From the NCBI GenBank assembly GCA_035574255.1, contig DATLYZ010000079.1, forward strand, positions 35,390 through 99,389: DNA of 64,000 nt. Direction: 5' to 3'. Below, piece by piece: positions 47,224 to 56,681 of the stretch. The notes under the pieces were generated by a model, which was given only the letters and a program-made list of their open reading frames with translations, did no database searches and had not been told where the DNA came from. This stretch comes from Gemmatimonadales bacterium (GTDB taxonomy: Bacteria > Gemmatimonadota > Gemmatimonadetes > Gemmatimonadales > GWC2-71-9). Position 1 is the stretch's first letter. Every line of letters begins with the position of its first letter. A program made the translations under genes and the position numbers.

Positions 47224-47826
47224 TCACTCCCGCAGGTGTGCCAGCATGTCGCGCAGTTCATGTCGCGCGCGATGGATGTAGGTCTTCACCGTCCCCAGAG
47301 GCAGATCGAGCAGCTCGGCGATCTCCTCGTAGGCCATGCCCTCGACGTGGCGGAGGAGGATGCAGGCCCGGTACTCGGGGCGGAGCCGGCCGATGGCGCG
47401 CTCGATCGCGGTGCCGAGTTCGCGCGCTTCAAGCTCGGCGAGCGGGCTCTCGCCCCGGTCGCTCACCTGGAGGGCAGTGGCCTCGATATCCTCCTGGGTC
47501 GTCGCGTGAGGCGCACCGTCGAGCGAGAGGGTGTCGAGGTCGCGACGCCGGAGGTAATCAATGGCCGTGTTGTTGGCGATCTTGAAAATCCAGCTCGAGA
47601 ACTTGTATTCGGGCCGGTAGGAGCTGATGGCGTTGAGCGCCTTGACGAACGTCTCCTGCGCCAGGTCCTCGGCGACCTGGCGGTCGCGTACCATGCGGAG
47701 AACCAGGGAGAACACGGGCCGCTCGTACCGCCGGATCAGCTCGCGATAGGCTAGCTCGCGGCCTTCACGGGCGAGGGCCACGATCTCCTGATCGGAGGCG
47801 GCGGCGAGGTCGAGCTTCTCAGCCAC
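47224..47826 (-). CDS. ECF (sigma-70 family, group 4) RNA polymerase sigma factor
   Basis: Region 2 DLAQETFVKALNAISSYRPEYKFSSWIFKIANNTAIDYLRRR and region 4 ILLRHVEGMAYEEIAELLDLPLGTVKTYIHRAR. Confidence 0.9.
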   Translation of the reverse strand: MAEKLDLAAASDQEIVALAREGRELAYRELIRRYERPVFSLVLRMVRDRQVAEDLAQETFVKALNAISSYRPEYKFSSWIFKIANNTAIDYLRRRDLDTLSLDGAPHATTQEDIEATALQVSDRGESPLAELEARELGTAIERAIGRLRPEYRACILLRHVEGMAYEEIAELLDLPLGTVKTYIHRARHELRDMLAHLRE

Positions 47827-47879
47827 GAGCGGGTCCGCGACCTCGACAGCCGTTGAGCCGGGGACTACATTGCGCGCCT

Positions 47880-48644
47880 ATGTTCGCCACGGAGAGGAAG
47901 TTACCGCTCTCGGGCGGCGCTGAGAAGCGGCGCTATGTCCGCGACATGTTCAGCGCCGTGGCACCGACGTACGATCTCATCAACCGCACCATCAGCTTCA
48001 CCCTGGATCGCCGGTGGCGGCGCCGCGCAGTGGACCGGCTGGAGTGGGAACGGGTACCGGCTGGACGCTACCTCGACCTCTGCGCCGGCACCCTCGATCT
48101 GGCCGCCGAGCTGGCCAACCGGCGCGGCTTCGGCGGCATCGTCTTCGGCGCCGACTTCTCCCGGCCGATGCTCCAGCGGGGGCGGGGGAAGGCCGGGCGG
48201 GTCCGGCCGCTCGTGGCGGATGCCCTCGAGCTCCCGTTCCGCGACGCGAGCTTCGATGGCGCGACCGTGGGGTGGGGGGTGCGGAACCTGGCCGACCTCG
48301 ACCAGGGCTTGCGGGAGGCGGCGCGAGTCCTTCGGCCCGGGGCCCGGCTCGTCATTCTGGAGAGCAGCACACCGCCTCGGCAGCCGATCCGGGGATTCTA
48401 TCTCTTCTATTTCCGCCATGTGCTTCCTCGGGTCGGGCGGCTCCTCTCACGACACGAGACCGCCTACTCCTGGCTGCCCGCGTCGGTGGCGGTCTTCGAC
48501 TCGCCGGAGCAGCTCGCGCAACGGATGGAGCGGGTCGGGTTCTCCGAGGTGAGGTTCGAGCGGCTGCTGGGCGGGGTGTGCACGATTCACGTGGGGGTGA
48601 AGGCGGGGCCTCCGCGACCCGAGGTCCCGAGGGCCGGCGCATGA
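47880..48644 (+). CDS. ubiE: demethylmenaquinone / ubiquinone C-methyltransferase
   Basis: V.DMFSAVAPTYDLINRTISF...DLCAGTLD...DAL.LPF. ATG at 47880. Confidence 0.9.
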   Translation: MFATERKLPLSGGAEKRRYVRDMFSAVAPTYDLINRTISFTLDRRWRRRAVDRLEWERVPAGRYLDLCAGTLDLAAELANRRGFGGIVFGADFSRPMLQRGRGKAGRVRPLVADALELPFRDASFDGATVGWGVRNLADLDQGLREAARVLRPGARLVILESSTPPRQPIRGFYLFYFRHVLPRVGRLLSRHETAYSWLPASVAVFDSPEQLAQRMERVGFSEVRFERLLGGVCTIHVGVKAGPPRPEVPRAGA

Positions 48645-48952
48645 TCGGACGCCGAAGGGTCGGGAGCGGGCCACGCCGACCCGGGGGGGGGCGGCCCGGG
48701 GCGGCGACCCGCGGGGGGACGCGGCGGCTCATCGCCGAGCCTGGCGATCCGTGGCGGGTCGAGGAAGGCGGCGCGATGGCGGGGCGGGCGGGTAACCACG
48801 CCATGCGTCGCGGCAGGGAGGGGAGCACCGAGCCGCCCCCTCGGAGGAGCCGGAGGCCGGGCATTCCACCGCCGAAACCGCCCAAGGTGCCGCCGCCTCC
48901 GCCTCCCAAGCACCCGTACCGCTCCCCCACGCCGAATCGGCGAGGCCGTTGA
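48641..48952 (+). CDS. possible Arg/Pro/Gly-rich small protein (low complexity)
   Basis: The ATGA overlaps the ubiE stop, and its own stop lies 2 nt before the ubiX ATG. No homology recognised. It could be a chance ORF in GC-rich spacer. Confidence 0.3.
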   Translation: MIGRRRVGSGPRRPGGGRPGAATRGGTRRLIAEPGDPWRVEEGGAMAGRAGNHAMRRGREGSTEPPPRRSRRPGIPPPKPPKVPPPPPPKHPYRSPTPNRRGR

Positions 48953-48954
48953 GT

Positions 48955-49545
48955 ATGCTGCCGGTCGTGCTGGCCCTGACCGGCGCGTCGGGAGCGCCCT
49001 ACGGGGTGCGCCTGCTCGAGCTCCTGGCCCGGCATCGGGTGCCGGTCTGGCTCATCGTCTCGAGCCACGGCTGGCGCTTGCTCGCCGAAGAATGTGCCAT
49101 TCCCGATCTCCGAGCCCTTCAGGCCGCCACCGGAGGCGACTGGTCCACCGTCACGGTCTTCGCCGACGACGATCGGGGCGCCCGACCCGCGTCAGGCTCG
49201 GCCCGCTCGAACGGGATGGTGATCTGCCCCTGCTCGATGGGAACCGTGTCGGCGATCGCCGCCGGCAGCAGCCGCTCCCTGGTCGAGCGGGCCGCGGACG
49301 TGGCGCTCAAGGAACGGCGCCGCCTGATCCTGGTCCCGCGGGAGACCCCGCTTTCGCTGATTCATCTGCGGAACCTGGTCAAGGTCACCGAGGCGGGCGC
49401 AGTCGTCCTCCCGGCATCGCCCGGCTTCTATCACCGGCCGGCTCGGGTGTCGGACCTCGTGGACTTCATCGTGCAGCGGGTGCTGGACCACCTGGAGCTG
49501 GAGATCGAGGTGGCTCCTCGGTGGGAAGGGAAGTCGGACCGGTAA
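48955..49545 (+). CDS. ubiX: flavin prenyltransferase UbiX
   Basis: LALTGASGAPYG...MVICPCSMGTVSAIAAG...LILVPRETPLS. Confidence 0.9.
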   Translation: MLPVVLALTGASGAPYGVRLLELLARHRVPVWLIVSSHGWRLLAEECAIPDLRALQAATGGDWSTVTVFADDDRGARPASGSARSNGMVICPCSMGTVSAIAAGSSRSLVERAADVALKERRRLILVPRETPLSLIHLRNLVKVTEAGAVVLPASPGFYHRPARVSDLVDFIVQRVLDHLELEIEVAPRWEGKSDR

Positions 49546-49636
49546 CCGATGTCTCGTCATACTGGGGGGGGGGAGGGGGGGAGCTGGTGCCGGGGGGTGC
49601 TCCCGTCCGTCGAGGCCGGCTAGTGCCGGGCTGCCA

Positions 49637-49740
49637 CCGCCCCTCGCTCGAGCGCGGGCCCGGGCGGCCACCGGGAGGCCGGCGAGTCCCCCCGCGTCAT
49701 GCCTGCGCACCGCAGGCATCCACGCCCGGGCGGGCTGGTG
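49637..49740 (+). repeat. 104 bp repeat, copy A, containing a REP-like palindrome
   Basis: CCGCCCCTCGCTCG...GTCATGCCTGCGCACCGCAGGCATCCACGCCCGGGCGGGCTGGTG, with the hairpin core at 49699-49719. Confidence 0.85.
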
Positions 49741-49906
49741 ATCCGGGCGGTGCCTGACTGCGGCTCGTGCGGGGTGATGCGCACGCTCGGCGTTGGTAGC
49801 GGCCCGGGGGTGTGAGCGAGGGGCGGGACCCTCCGGCCGCTGCAGTTCGCGCGGGCAGGGTGGCCCCGGCGTCCCCGGCACCGCTCACTGACGCGGCCTC
49901 CGGGCC

Positions 49907-50009
49907 CCGCCCCTCGCTCGGGCGTGGGCCCGGGCGGCCACCGGGGAGCCGGCGAGTCCCCCCGCGTCATGCCTGCGCACGCAGGCATCCACGCCCGGGC
50001 GGGCTGGTG
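49907..50009 (+). repeat. 104 bp repeat, copy B
   Basis: Near-identical to copy A, with a handful of mismatches and one indel by eye. It lies 270 bp downstream. The hairpin core is at 49969-49988. Confidence 0.85.
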
Positions 50010-50117
50010 GGTGGGGCGCGCGCCGGACTCCGGCCTGCGGCGGGGTGGCGTGCCGTCGCGCTGGGTGATGTCGCAGACCTATCGGGCGCCCCGCGCGGCG
50101 CCGATGAGGATGGACCC

Positions 50118-50621
50118 ATGCGGTTAGGCATCATCGCCGATACCCACGGCCTGCTTCGGCCGGAGGTCTTCGACATCTTCCGGGGGGTGGACCAGATCCT
50201 CCACGCGGGCGACATCGGCCCGCCGGACCTCCTGCTCGAGCTCGAGGCGATTGCGCCGGTGACCGCAGTGTACGGCAACTGCGATGGGTGGGAACTCCGG
50301 AACCGGCTTCCCGCCGTGGTGAGGCGCCGCATCGAAGGGCTCGATTTCGTCCTCACCCATGGGGATCAGTTCGGCACCCCCACGCCGGCAGCGCTTCACC
50401 GGGCCTATCCCGACGCCGAGGTGATCGTCTTCGGCCATACCCACCGGCCGCTGCTCACGACGGTGGATCGCGTCATCACCGTGATGAATCCTGGTGGGGC
50501 CGGCCGCCGCCGCTTCAACCTGCCGGCCTCGGTGGGGATCATGGAGTTGGAGCCGGGGCTGCCGCCCCGCGCGAGACTGGTGCCGCTCGGCGGTGGCACA
50601 GGCGAGTCGACCGACGGGTGA
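50118..50621 (+). CDS. YfcE/MJ0936 family metallophosphoesterase
   Basis: MRLGIIADTHG...HAGDI...GNCD...THGD...GHTH. Confidence 0.85.
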   Translation: MRLGIIADTHGLLRPEVFDIFRGVDQILHAGDIGPPDLLLELEAIAPVTAVYGNCDGWELRNRLPAVVRRRIEGLDFVLTHGDQFGTPTPAALHRAYPDAEVIVFGHTHRPLLTTVDRVITVMNPGGAGRRRFNLPASVGIMELEPGLPPRARLVPLGGGTGESTDG

Positions 50622-50671
50622 CAAGGGCCCCGATCTCCCGGGAGCCGCCCTCGCCGGGTGGAGGACAGGCC

Positions 50672-51307
50672 ATGAGCGGATTGGGTATCGTCCTCTTGCT
50701 GCAGTCAGCCGCAGCACTCGATACGCTTCCGGTGCGCGCTGCGCCGCCGGCCGCGGTGTTCGACGGAGCGGTGGGGAGCGCGGAATGGGGAGTGCCGGAC
50801 CTCAGCATCTCCGCCCCTGGCGGAGGCGCCCGGATCTGGCTGCGCGGGGATTCGACCGCCGTGTACGTCGCGGCGCGGATCAGCGATTCCACCTCGCACT
50901 GGGGCGACGACCTCGTCGTGAGCGTCCACGTGGGCGGTCCGGCGGGATCCGCCCCGGGGCATGACGATTTCCAGTGGGACCTGCGGCGGCTGCTCGATTC
51001 CAGTGTGGTGTACCGCGGCAAGGACGGCCGCTGGCATCCCCCGCGGGACGACCCCGACTGGCGGCTCGGTCCTGCGCGCGAGGGGGCGGGATGGGAGGTC
51101 CGGTCGGAGAGCGGAACGGACGGATGGTCGCTCGAACTCCGGCTCGACCGCGCCTATCTCGCGGGCCGCGAGGGGGGGCCGGCGCGCATCGCGTTCCGGA
51201 TCTTCGACAACGCCCCGAGGGGGTGGCACGCCTGGCCGGGGCGGTGGCGGCGGCAGCCCACCGAGGTCGAGGACCGGCCCGAACTCTGGGCGGTGGTGAC
51301 CGACTAG
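50672..51307 (+). CDS. hypothetical secreted protein (possibly CBM9/DOMON-like)
   Basis: ATG at 50672 with a signal-like N-terminus. Family assignment is a weak guess. Confidence 0.5.
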   Translation: MSGLGIVLLLQSAAALDTLPVRAAPPAAVFDGAVGSAEWGVPDLSISAPGGGARIWLRGDSTAVYVAARISDSTSHWGDDLVVSVHVGGPAGSAPGHDDFQWDLRRLLDSSVVYRGKDGRWHPPRDDPDWRLGPAREGAGWEVRSESGTDGWSLELRLDRAYLAGREGGPARIAFRIFDNAPRGWHAWPGRWRRQPTEVEDRPELWAVVTD

Positions 51308-51311
51308 ACGA

Positions 51312-53363
51312 TCAGTCGGGCACGTTCCGCCGCAGCTCTTCCAGCCAGACGTCGGCGCCTGCGTCGCTCGGGGCCCGCCAGTCCCCGCGCGGCGAGAGCG
51401 ATCCGCCCGACCCCACCTTGGGGGCGTTCGGCATCGCGGACCGCTTGAACTGGCTCTGCTGGAAGAACCGAACCAGGAACACCTCGAGCCACCGCCGGAT
51501 GGTCGCCAGATCGTAGGCGCGGCGCTCCGATTCAGGGATGAAATCGGGCCAGATGCCGCGGGAGGCATCGCCCCAGGCCTGCCAGGCGAGGTAGGCCACC
51601 TTGCTGGGCCGGAACCCGAACCGGGTGGTGAAGTAGAGATTGAAGTCCTGGAGCTCGAACGGGCCGATCACGTCTTCCGTGCGCTGGGTGGGTTGCGCGG
51701 CGCCGCCGGGGGGGACCAGCTCGGGCGACACCGGGGTGGCGAGAATGTCGGCCAGCACGGCGGCTGTCTCGGCATCCACCCGCCGGGCGGCGATCAGCCA
51801 GCGGATCAGATGCCTGATGAGCGTCTTGGGCACTGACGCGTTGACGTTGTAGTGCGACATCTGGTCGCCCACGCCGTAGGTGCACCAGCCGAGCGCGAGC
51901 TCGCTCAGGTCGCCGGTGCCGACCACGAGCGCGCCGTGCCGGTTGGCGAGCCGGAAGAGGTGCGAGGTACGCTCGCCCGCCTGCACGTTTTCGAACGTCA
52001 CGTCGTACAGCGGGTGCCCCTCGGCGAAGGGGTGGCCGATATCGCGGAGCATCTGGAGGCACGAGGGACGGATGTCGATCTCGCCGCTCTTCACACCGAG
52101 CGCCCGCATGAGCCGGCGGGCATTGGCGAGGGTGCGCTCCGAGGTGGCGAACCCCGGCATGGTGTAGGCCAGCACGTGGTCGCGGGAGCGGCCGAGCAGA
52201 TCCATCGCCCCGACGGTGACCAGCAGGGCCTGGGTGGAGTCGAGCCCGCCCGAGATACCGATCACCGCGCGCTCGATGCCCGTGGCCCGGAGCCGCTGGG
52301 CCAGCCCCTGCACCTGGATGCTGTAGGCCTCGTAGCAGCGCTGGTCGCGAGTGGCCGGATCGGCCGGGACGAACGGGAACCGCGGCACCGCGCGCAGCAG
52401 GCGGTCGGCGGCGGCCGGGATCTCCAGCTGGAGGGGGATCCGGCGGAGGGCGGCGAGCCGGTCGCGGTGGTCGAGGGCGGCGTCGTGGAAGCTGGAAAGG
52501 CGCATCCGGTCTTGCCGCAACCGGTCCAGGTCCACGTCCGCCAGGAGCACCTGGGGCCTGACGGCGAATCGCTCGGATTCCTGCAGCAGCTCGCCGTTCT
52601 CGTAGATCAGCGCGTGGCCGTCCCAGGCGAGATCGGTGGAGGACTCGCCCGGTCCGGCGGCGGTGTAGAGATAGGCGGCGACGCACTTGGCCGACTGGCC
52701 GGCGCAGAGGCTCTTCCGGTACTCGGCCTTCCCGATGGTGATGTTGCTGGCCGAGAGGTTGGCGAGCACGGTGGCCCCGGCCAGGGCGGCCCAGGTGCTG
52801 GGCGGCACCGGGACCCACAGGTCTTCGCACACCTCCACGTGGAGGGCGAAGCCGTCCAGGTTCGCGGCCTCGAAGACGAGGTCGTTGCCGAACGGCGCCC
52901 GCTGGCCGGCCAGCCAGATCTCGCGCCCGAGGGCGTGGCGCGCGGAGGCGTACTGGCGTTTCTCGTAGAACTCGCGGTAGTTAGGGAGATAGGTCTTGGG
53001 AGCGACGCCGAGCACGCGGCCCCGATGGAGGACCACGGCGCAGTTGAAGAGTTTCCCCTCGAAGCGGAGCGGGGCCCCCACCACCAGGACCGGTGCGAGG
53101 TCTCGGCCGTCGGCGAGGAGCCTGGCCAGCGCCCGTTCCACGCCGTCGAGCAGGGCATCCTGCTGCGCGAGGTCGTCCAGGCTGTACGCCGAGAGGCCCA
53201 GCTCGGGGAAGACGGCGAGCACGGCGCCGCGCCGGGCCGCATCGCTCGCCAGCTCGAGCGTGTGGCTCGCGTTCGCGGCCGGATCGGCGATCCGCACTTC
53301 GGGCACACAGGCCGCAACCCGGACGAACCCGTGCCGGTAGATGGAGGCGAAGGACAGGCTCAT
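51312..53363 (-). CDS. nadE: glutamine-dependent NAD+ synthetase (long form: nitrilase domain plus synthetase domain)
   Basis: ATG at 53363 ([18 protein letters not shown]) within ORF 51312..54224. [15 protein letters not shown], and GISGGLDST (PP-loop). 683 aa. Confidence 0.9.
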   Translation of the reverse strand: MSLSFASIYRHGFVRVAACVPEVRIADPAANASHTLELASDAARRGAVLAVFPELGLSAYSLDDLAQQDALLDGVERALARLLADGRDLAPVLVVGAPLRFEGKLFNCAVVLHRGRVLGVAPKTYLPNYREFYEKRQYASARHALGREIWLAGQRAPFGNDLVFEAANLDGFALHVEVCEDLWVPVPPSTWAALAGATVLANLSASNITIGKAEYRKSLCAGQSAKCVAAYLYTAAGPGESSTDLAWDGHALIYENGELLQESERFAVRPQVLLADVDLDRLRQDRMRLSSFHDAALDHRDRLAALRRIPLQLEIPAAADRLLRAVPRFPFVPADPATRDQRCYEAYSIQVQGLAQRLRATGIERAVIGISGGLDSTQALLVTVGAMDLLGRSRDHVLAYTMPGFATSERTLANARRLMRALGVKSGEIDIRPSCLQMLRDIGHPFAEGHPLYDVTFENVQAGERTSHLFRLANRHGALVVGTGDLSELALGWCTYGVGDQMSHYNVNASVPKTLIRHLIRWLIAARRVDAETAAVLADILATPVSPELVPPGGAAQPTQRTEDVIGPFELQDFNLYFTTRFGFRPSKVAYLAWQAWGDASRGIWPDFIPESERRAYDLATIRRWLEVFLVRFFQQSQFKRSAMPNAPKVGSGGSLSPRGDWRAPSDAGADVWLEELRRNVPD

Positions 53364-55519
53364 CGGGGACCTCGGGGAGCCAGCACGGTGAAGGTCCGGC
53401 GAGCGATCGCCCGGCGCGTGCCGCTTGCGATCTCCACGTCGAGGGTGTGCCGGCCTGGGCGGAGCCCGATCAGGCTCAGGGTCCGCGTGACCCGCACGAC
53501 CGAATCGGCCGCCTCGCCCTCGGTGGCGGTGGTGCTCACCCGGCTCCGCCCCCGGCGGATGGTGAGCCGGGTGCGATAGGGCTCCCCCGGCGCGAGGCCG
53601 TACACCTCGTAATAGAGCTCGACGGGCTCCTCCGCCCGGAAGCTCGGGGCGGGTGCGAGAAACGCGGTGTCGCCCGGAGCGGGCGACCAGATCGCGCTTC
53701 GGCTCCGCACCCCTAACGCGAGGTCGCTCAGGGCTGGGCCGGCGCCCGATCCCGGCACCCGCAGGTCCTCGAGCGGCAGGACCCGGCCGGCGGAATCCCC
53801 GACCTGGAGCGCCACCCGGTAGCGGTACGCCCCGGGGAGCACGGGGAGGGACACCCGGCCCGTCGCGTCGAGCCGATCCGCTTCGGGCGGGGGAAGCACC
53901 ACCCGGGTGGTGCTGTCGGCCGCCGCAACCGCCCGGCCCGCCGAGTCGAAGATGCCGACTCTCGCCCGGAGAGCAAGCCGGAGTCCCGCGCCGGGCGGGG
54001 CGCCCGCGGGCGGTTCCACGGGGACGGCGTACACCACATGGACGAGGGGCTTTCCCTCCGCCCGCCCGATCGCGTAGGCGGTCACGGTCGCGCCGATGGT
54101 CCGCGGGAACCGGAGTTCGAATCCCTCCGAGTTGGCGGCGACCGACGCGCTGGCGGCGACCAGTTCCCGTTCCTCGCGGGCGAGCCGCGCGGCGCCGTGG
54201 GGTCCCCAGTGCAGGATCTTGCAATACCCGTCGTACAGCGGGCAGCGGGCGTTCACGCCGAGGTCGAGGGCGGTTTCGCTCTCGAAGGGGAGGGCGAAGA
54301 CGCTCGGCTTGAGGCGGTAATCCTGGAGGTCGCCCCCGCCGCCCTTCCGGCTGCCGAAGTGGAGCAGCAGATCGCCGTCCGCCCGCTGGTAGCGCCAGCT
54401 CTCGTTGGGCCCGGCGCCGAAGGTGGCGGTGGACACCCGGAGCTGGGGCTCCCCGAAGCGGACGTAGACGAGACCCCGGTCGTCGAAGCGGGTCGTCCGG
54501 GTGGGCAGGAGATCGGTCCAGTGGTCGCGCCGCCGGTTGGTGAGCAGCGGGAAGTGGCGGTCGGCGTATGTCAGGCGCCGGTAGTGCTCCCGGAGCCGTG
54601 CGCCGTCCTCCCGGAGGTCCCAGCGATCCCGGCCGGACCAGAACTGCCGGAGGAAGGCTGCGCGCGCGCCGCCGCGGGTGGTGTCGAAGGCGGCGAGCTC
54701 CGGGTCGGTCGCGATGAGGGCCAGGTCGGCGCGATAGGCGGCGACGGTGGCCGAGTCGTCGAACGCGGCGCCGGCGTAGTAGTCGGCGTCGCCCCCGGCG
54801 TCCCCGGCTACGAACCGGCTCCAGGCCCGCTCGTAGAGGCCGCGGGCCGAGTCGGCCGACCGTTCGAGATAGCGGCTGGCGGCGCGAACGGAGGAATCGG
54901 GATCGCCCACCAGCCGTTCGAGGCGGGCGCGCGCCAGCTCGACGGCCGGGTGGAGTGTCGCGCGGCCAGCGGCGCGGAGAACCGGGAGGACCCGGGTGGC
55001 GAGGAGCGCCGTGTCGCGGAGCGTTTCGGCCACCTCGGCCAGGGCGACGATCGCCGGTGTCGAGCCGGCGTCCAGTTCCGCCGCCCGCGCCAGGCAGGCG
55101 ACCGCCTCGGCGAGCGACCCCATCCCGACCCGGGTCCCCAGGTTGGACGGGGTGGCCGCCAGCCAGCGGGCCTCGTGCTGCTTGGCGAGCCCCTTGGCGT
55201 ACCAGGCCCAGGCCCAGCCTGGCGCGAGGGCGATGACCGCATCGAAGTCGCCGTTCGCCCGCCGGAACGCCCAGCCGTCACCCAGTTCGCCCAACCTGAG
55301 CCGTACCAGCCCCCGGAACATCCGGCGGCGAAGCTCCTGGGCCCCTTCGGCGTCGCGGCGGCCCAGTGCGGCCTCGCGCGCTCGAAGGGCCGCGGCGTCG
55401 CGGAGGGCTGCGAGGGTTGCGACGAACCGCTCGAGCTCCGCGCGGTCCACCGGGGCCGCGGGTGGCGCGGCCAGGGCCAGTTGCAGGAGCAGCGCCGCTC
55501 CCGCGATCATGCGGCCCAC
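53360..55519 (-). CDS. secreted protein with a GWxTD-like motif region
   Basis: Signal-like [18 protein letters not shown]...[13 protein letters not shown]...ESWRY partly resembles the GWxTD domain pattern. The stop overlaps the nadE start (ATGA). Confidence 0.65.
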   Translation of the reverse strand: MGRMIAGAALLLQLALAAPPAAPVDRAELERFVATLAALRDAAALRAREAALGRRDAEGAQELRRRMFRGLVRLRLGELGDGWAFRRANGDFDAVIALAPGWAWAWYAKGLAKQHEARWLAATPSNLGTRVGMGSLAEAVACLARAAELDAGSTPAIVALAEVAETLRDTALLATRVLPVLRAAGRATLHPAVELARARLERLVGDPDSSVRAASRYLERSADSARGLYERAWSRFVAGDAGGDADYYAGAAFDDSATVAAYRADLALIATDPELAAFDTTRGGARAAFLRQFWSGRDRWDLREDGARLREHYRRLTYADRHFPLLTNRRRDHWTDLLPTRTTRFDDRGLVYVRFGEPQLRVSTATFGAGPNESWRYQRADGDLLLHFGSRKGGGGDLQDYRLKPSVFALPFESETALDLGVNARCPLYDGYCKILHWGPHGAARLAREERELVAASASVAANSEGFELRFPRTIGATVTAYAIGRAEGKPLVHVVYAVPVEPPAGAPPGAGLRLALRARVGIFDSAGRAVAAADSTTRVVLPPPEADRLDATGRVSLPVLPGAYRYRVALQVGDSAGRVLPLEDLRVPGSGAGPALSDLALGVRSRSAIWSPAPGDTAFLAPAPSFRAEEPVELYYEVYGLAPGEPYRTRLTIRRGRSRVSTTATEGEAADSVVRVTRTLSLIGLRPGRHTLDVEIASGTRRAIARRTFTVLAPRGPR

Positions 55520-56607
55520 TCCGCGAGCGGCGTGGTGCGGCGGAGGGCCTCCGGGTGGCGCCGGAACCAGGACATGACGAGCAGCACCTCGTCGAGGTGC
55601 GGGAAGGGGAGGGGAGCCGGGGTCGGCGCGGGTCGGCTCAGCTCGTCCCGCACGACGGCCCGGAACGCCTCCCGCTCGATCGGGGTGGCGGGCCAGGGGT
55701 AGGCGGCCCGCACGATGCCGTGGCGGATGAGATAGGCACGGTCATCGCCGAACGCGCCGGGATCCCGGTAGACGAACGTGAGGGCCTCGACCGCGATGCG
55801 AGCGCGGGCGACGGCGGCGAGCAGCCATTCGAGGTACTCGAACCGCTCTCGCCACCTCACGGCCCGTTCGAACTCGGCGGCCTTCGAGGCCCGCTGCATC
55901 TCGGCGACCACCCGGTCCATCGGCTGGATGGTTCGCCCCTCCAGGAACGCCGTCGCCGTCTCGACCCGCCGGCGGTATTCCGCCTCGGTCACCAGCCCGG
56001 CGCAGGGCCCGGCGCACAACCCGAAATCGTACCGGGGGCAGGCCGCGCGGAGGGGCGCGGCAAAGAGATCGAGCTGCTCCGCGAAGACGATCGGCATGGC
56101 GGGGGCGCAGTCGCGGAGGCCGAGCAGATCGTTCAGCACCCGCACCGCGTCGCGCACCCGGCTCGTCCCGGTAAACGGCCCGTAGCAGCGGCTCGCGTCG
56201 CGCTCCCGGGGGCCGATCCCGCCGATCAGGAGCCGCGGGGCCGGGCCGTCCAGGACCCGGATGAACGCGGTCCGGCGGGCCCGGTTCATGGCGCGGTTGA
56301 ACGGCGGTCGAAACCGGCTGATCTGCCGCAGCTCGCCCAGGTGGGCGGCGAATTCGCTCGGGACGTAGTCCCAGGCGATATCCGCGGCGGCGTGCAGGAT
56401 TCTGGCGGCCTTGTCCGCCGGGTAGCGGGCCCGAAAGTATGACAGCAGCCGATTCCGGAGCCGCCGGGCCTTGCCCACGTAGAGTACACGGCCCTGGTGG
56501 TCGAGCATTCGGTAGACCGCAGGCCGTTGTTCGGCCAGGCGGCGTACCCGGCGTTCGAGCGCCGCGAGGTCGCTGGCGGGGAGGGCGAGGTGGAGGGTGG
56601 CCCTCAT
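55507..56607 (-). CDS. UvrC-N-terminal-like GIY-YIG nuclease with UVR motif, lacking the UvrC C-terminal endonuclease/HhH half (Cho-like)
   Basis: VYRMLDHQGRVLYVGKARRLRNRLLSYF closely matches the UvrC GIY-YIG motif. A UVR-like AAEFERAVRWRERFEYLE is present. Only 366 aa. Confidence 0.8.
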   Translation of the reverse strand: MRATLHLALPASDLAALERRVRRLAEQRPAVYRMLDHQGRVLYVGKARRLRNRLLSYFRARYPADKAARILHAAADIAWDYVPSEFAAHLGELRQISRFRPPFNRAMNRARRTAFIRVLDGPAPRLLIGGIGPRERDASRCYGPFTGTSRVRDAVRVLNDLLGLRDCAPAMPIVFAEQLDLFAAPLRAACPRYDFGLCAGPCAGLVTEAEYRRRVETATAFLEGRTIQPMDRVVAEMQRASKAAEFERAVRWRERFEYLEWLLAAVARARIAVEALTFVYRDPGAFGDDRAYLIRHGIVRAAYPWPATPIEREAFRAVVRDELSRPAPTPAPLPFPHLDEVLLVMSWFRRHPEALRRTTPLAEWAA

Positions 56608-56681
56608 GGGACGGAAAGTACTTGGAGGATTGGCGGTTAGCTATGAGGTCGGAGGCAGGCGGTCGTCGCCCGTCCTCTTCC

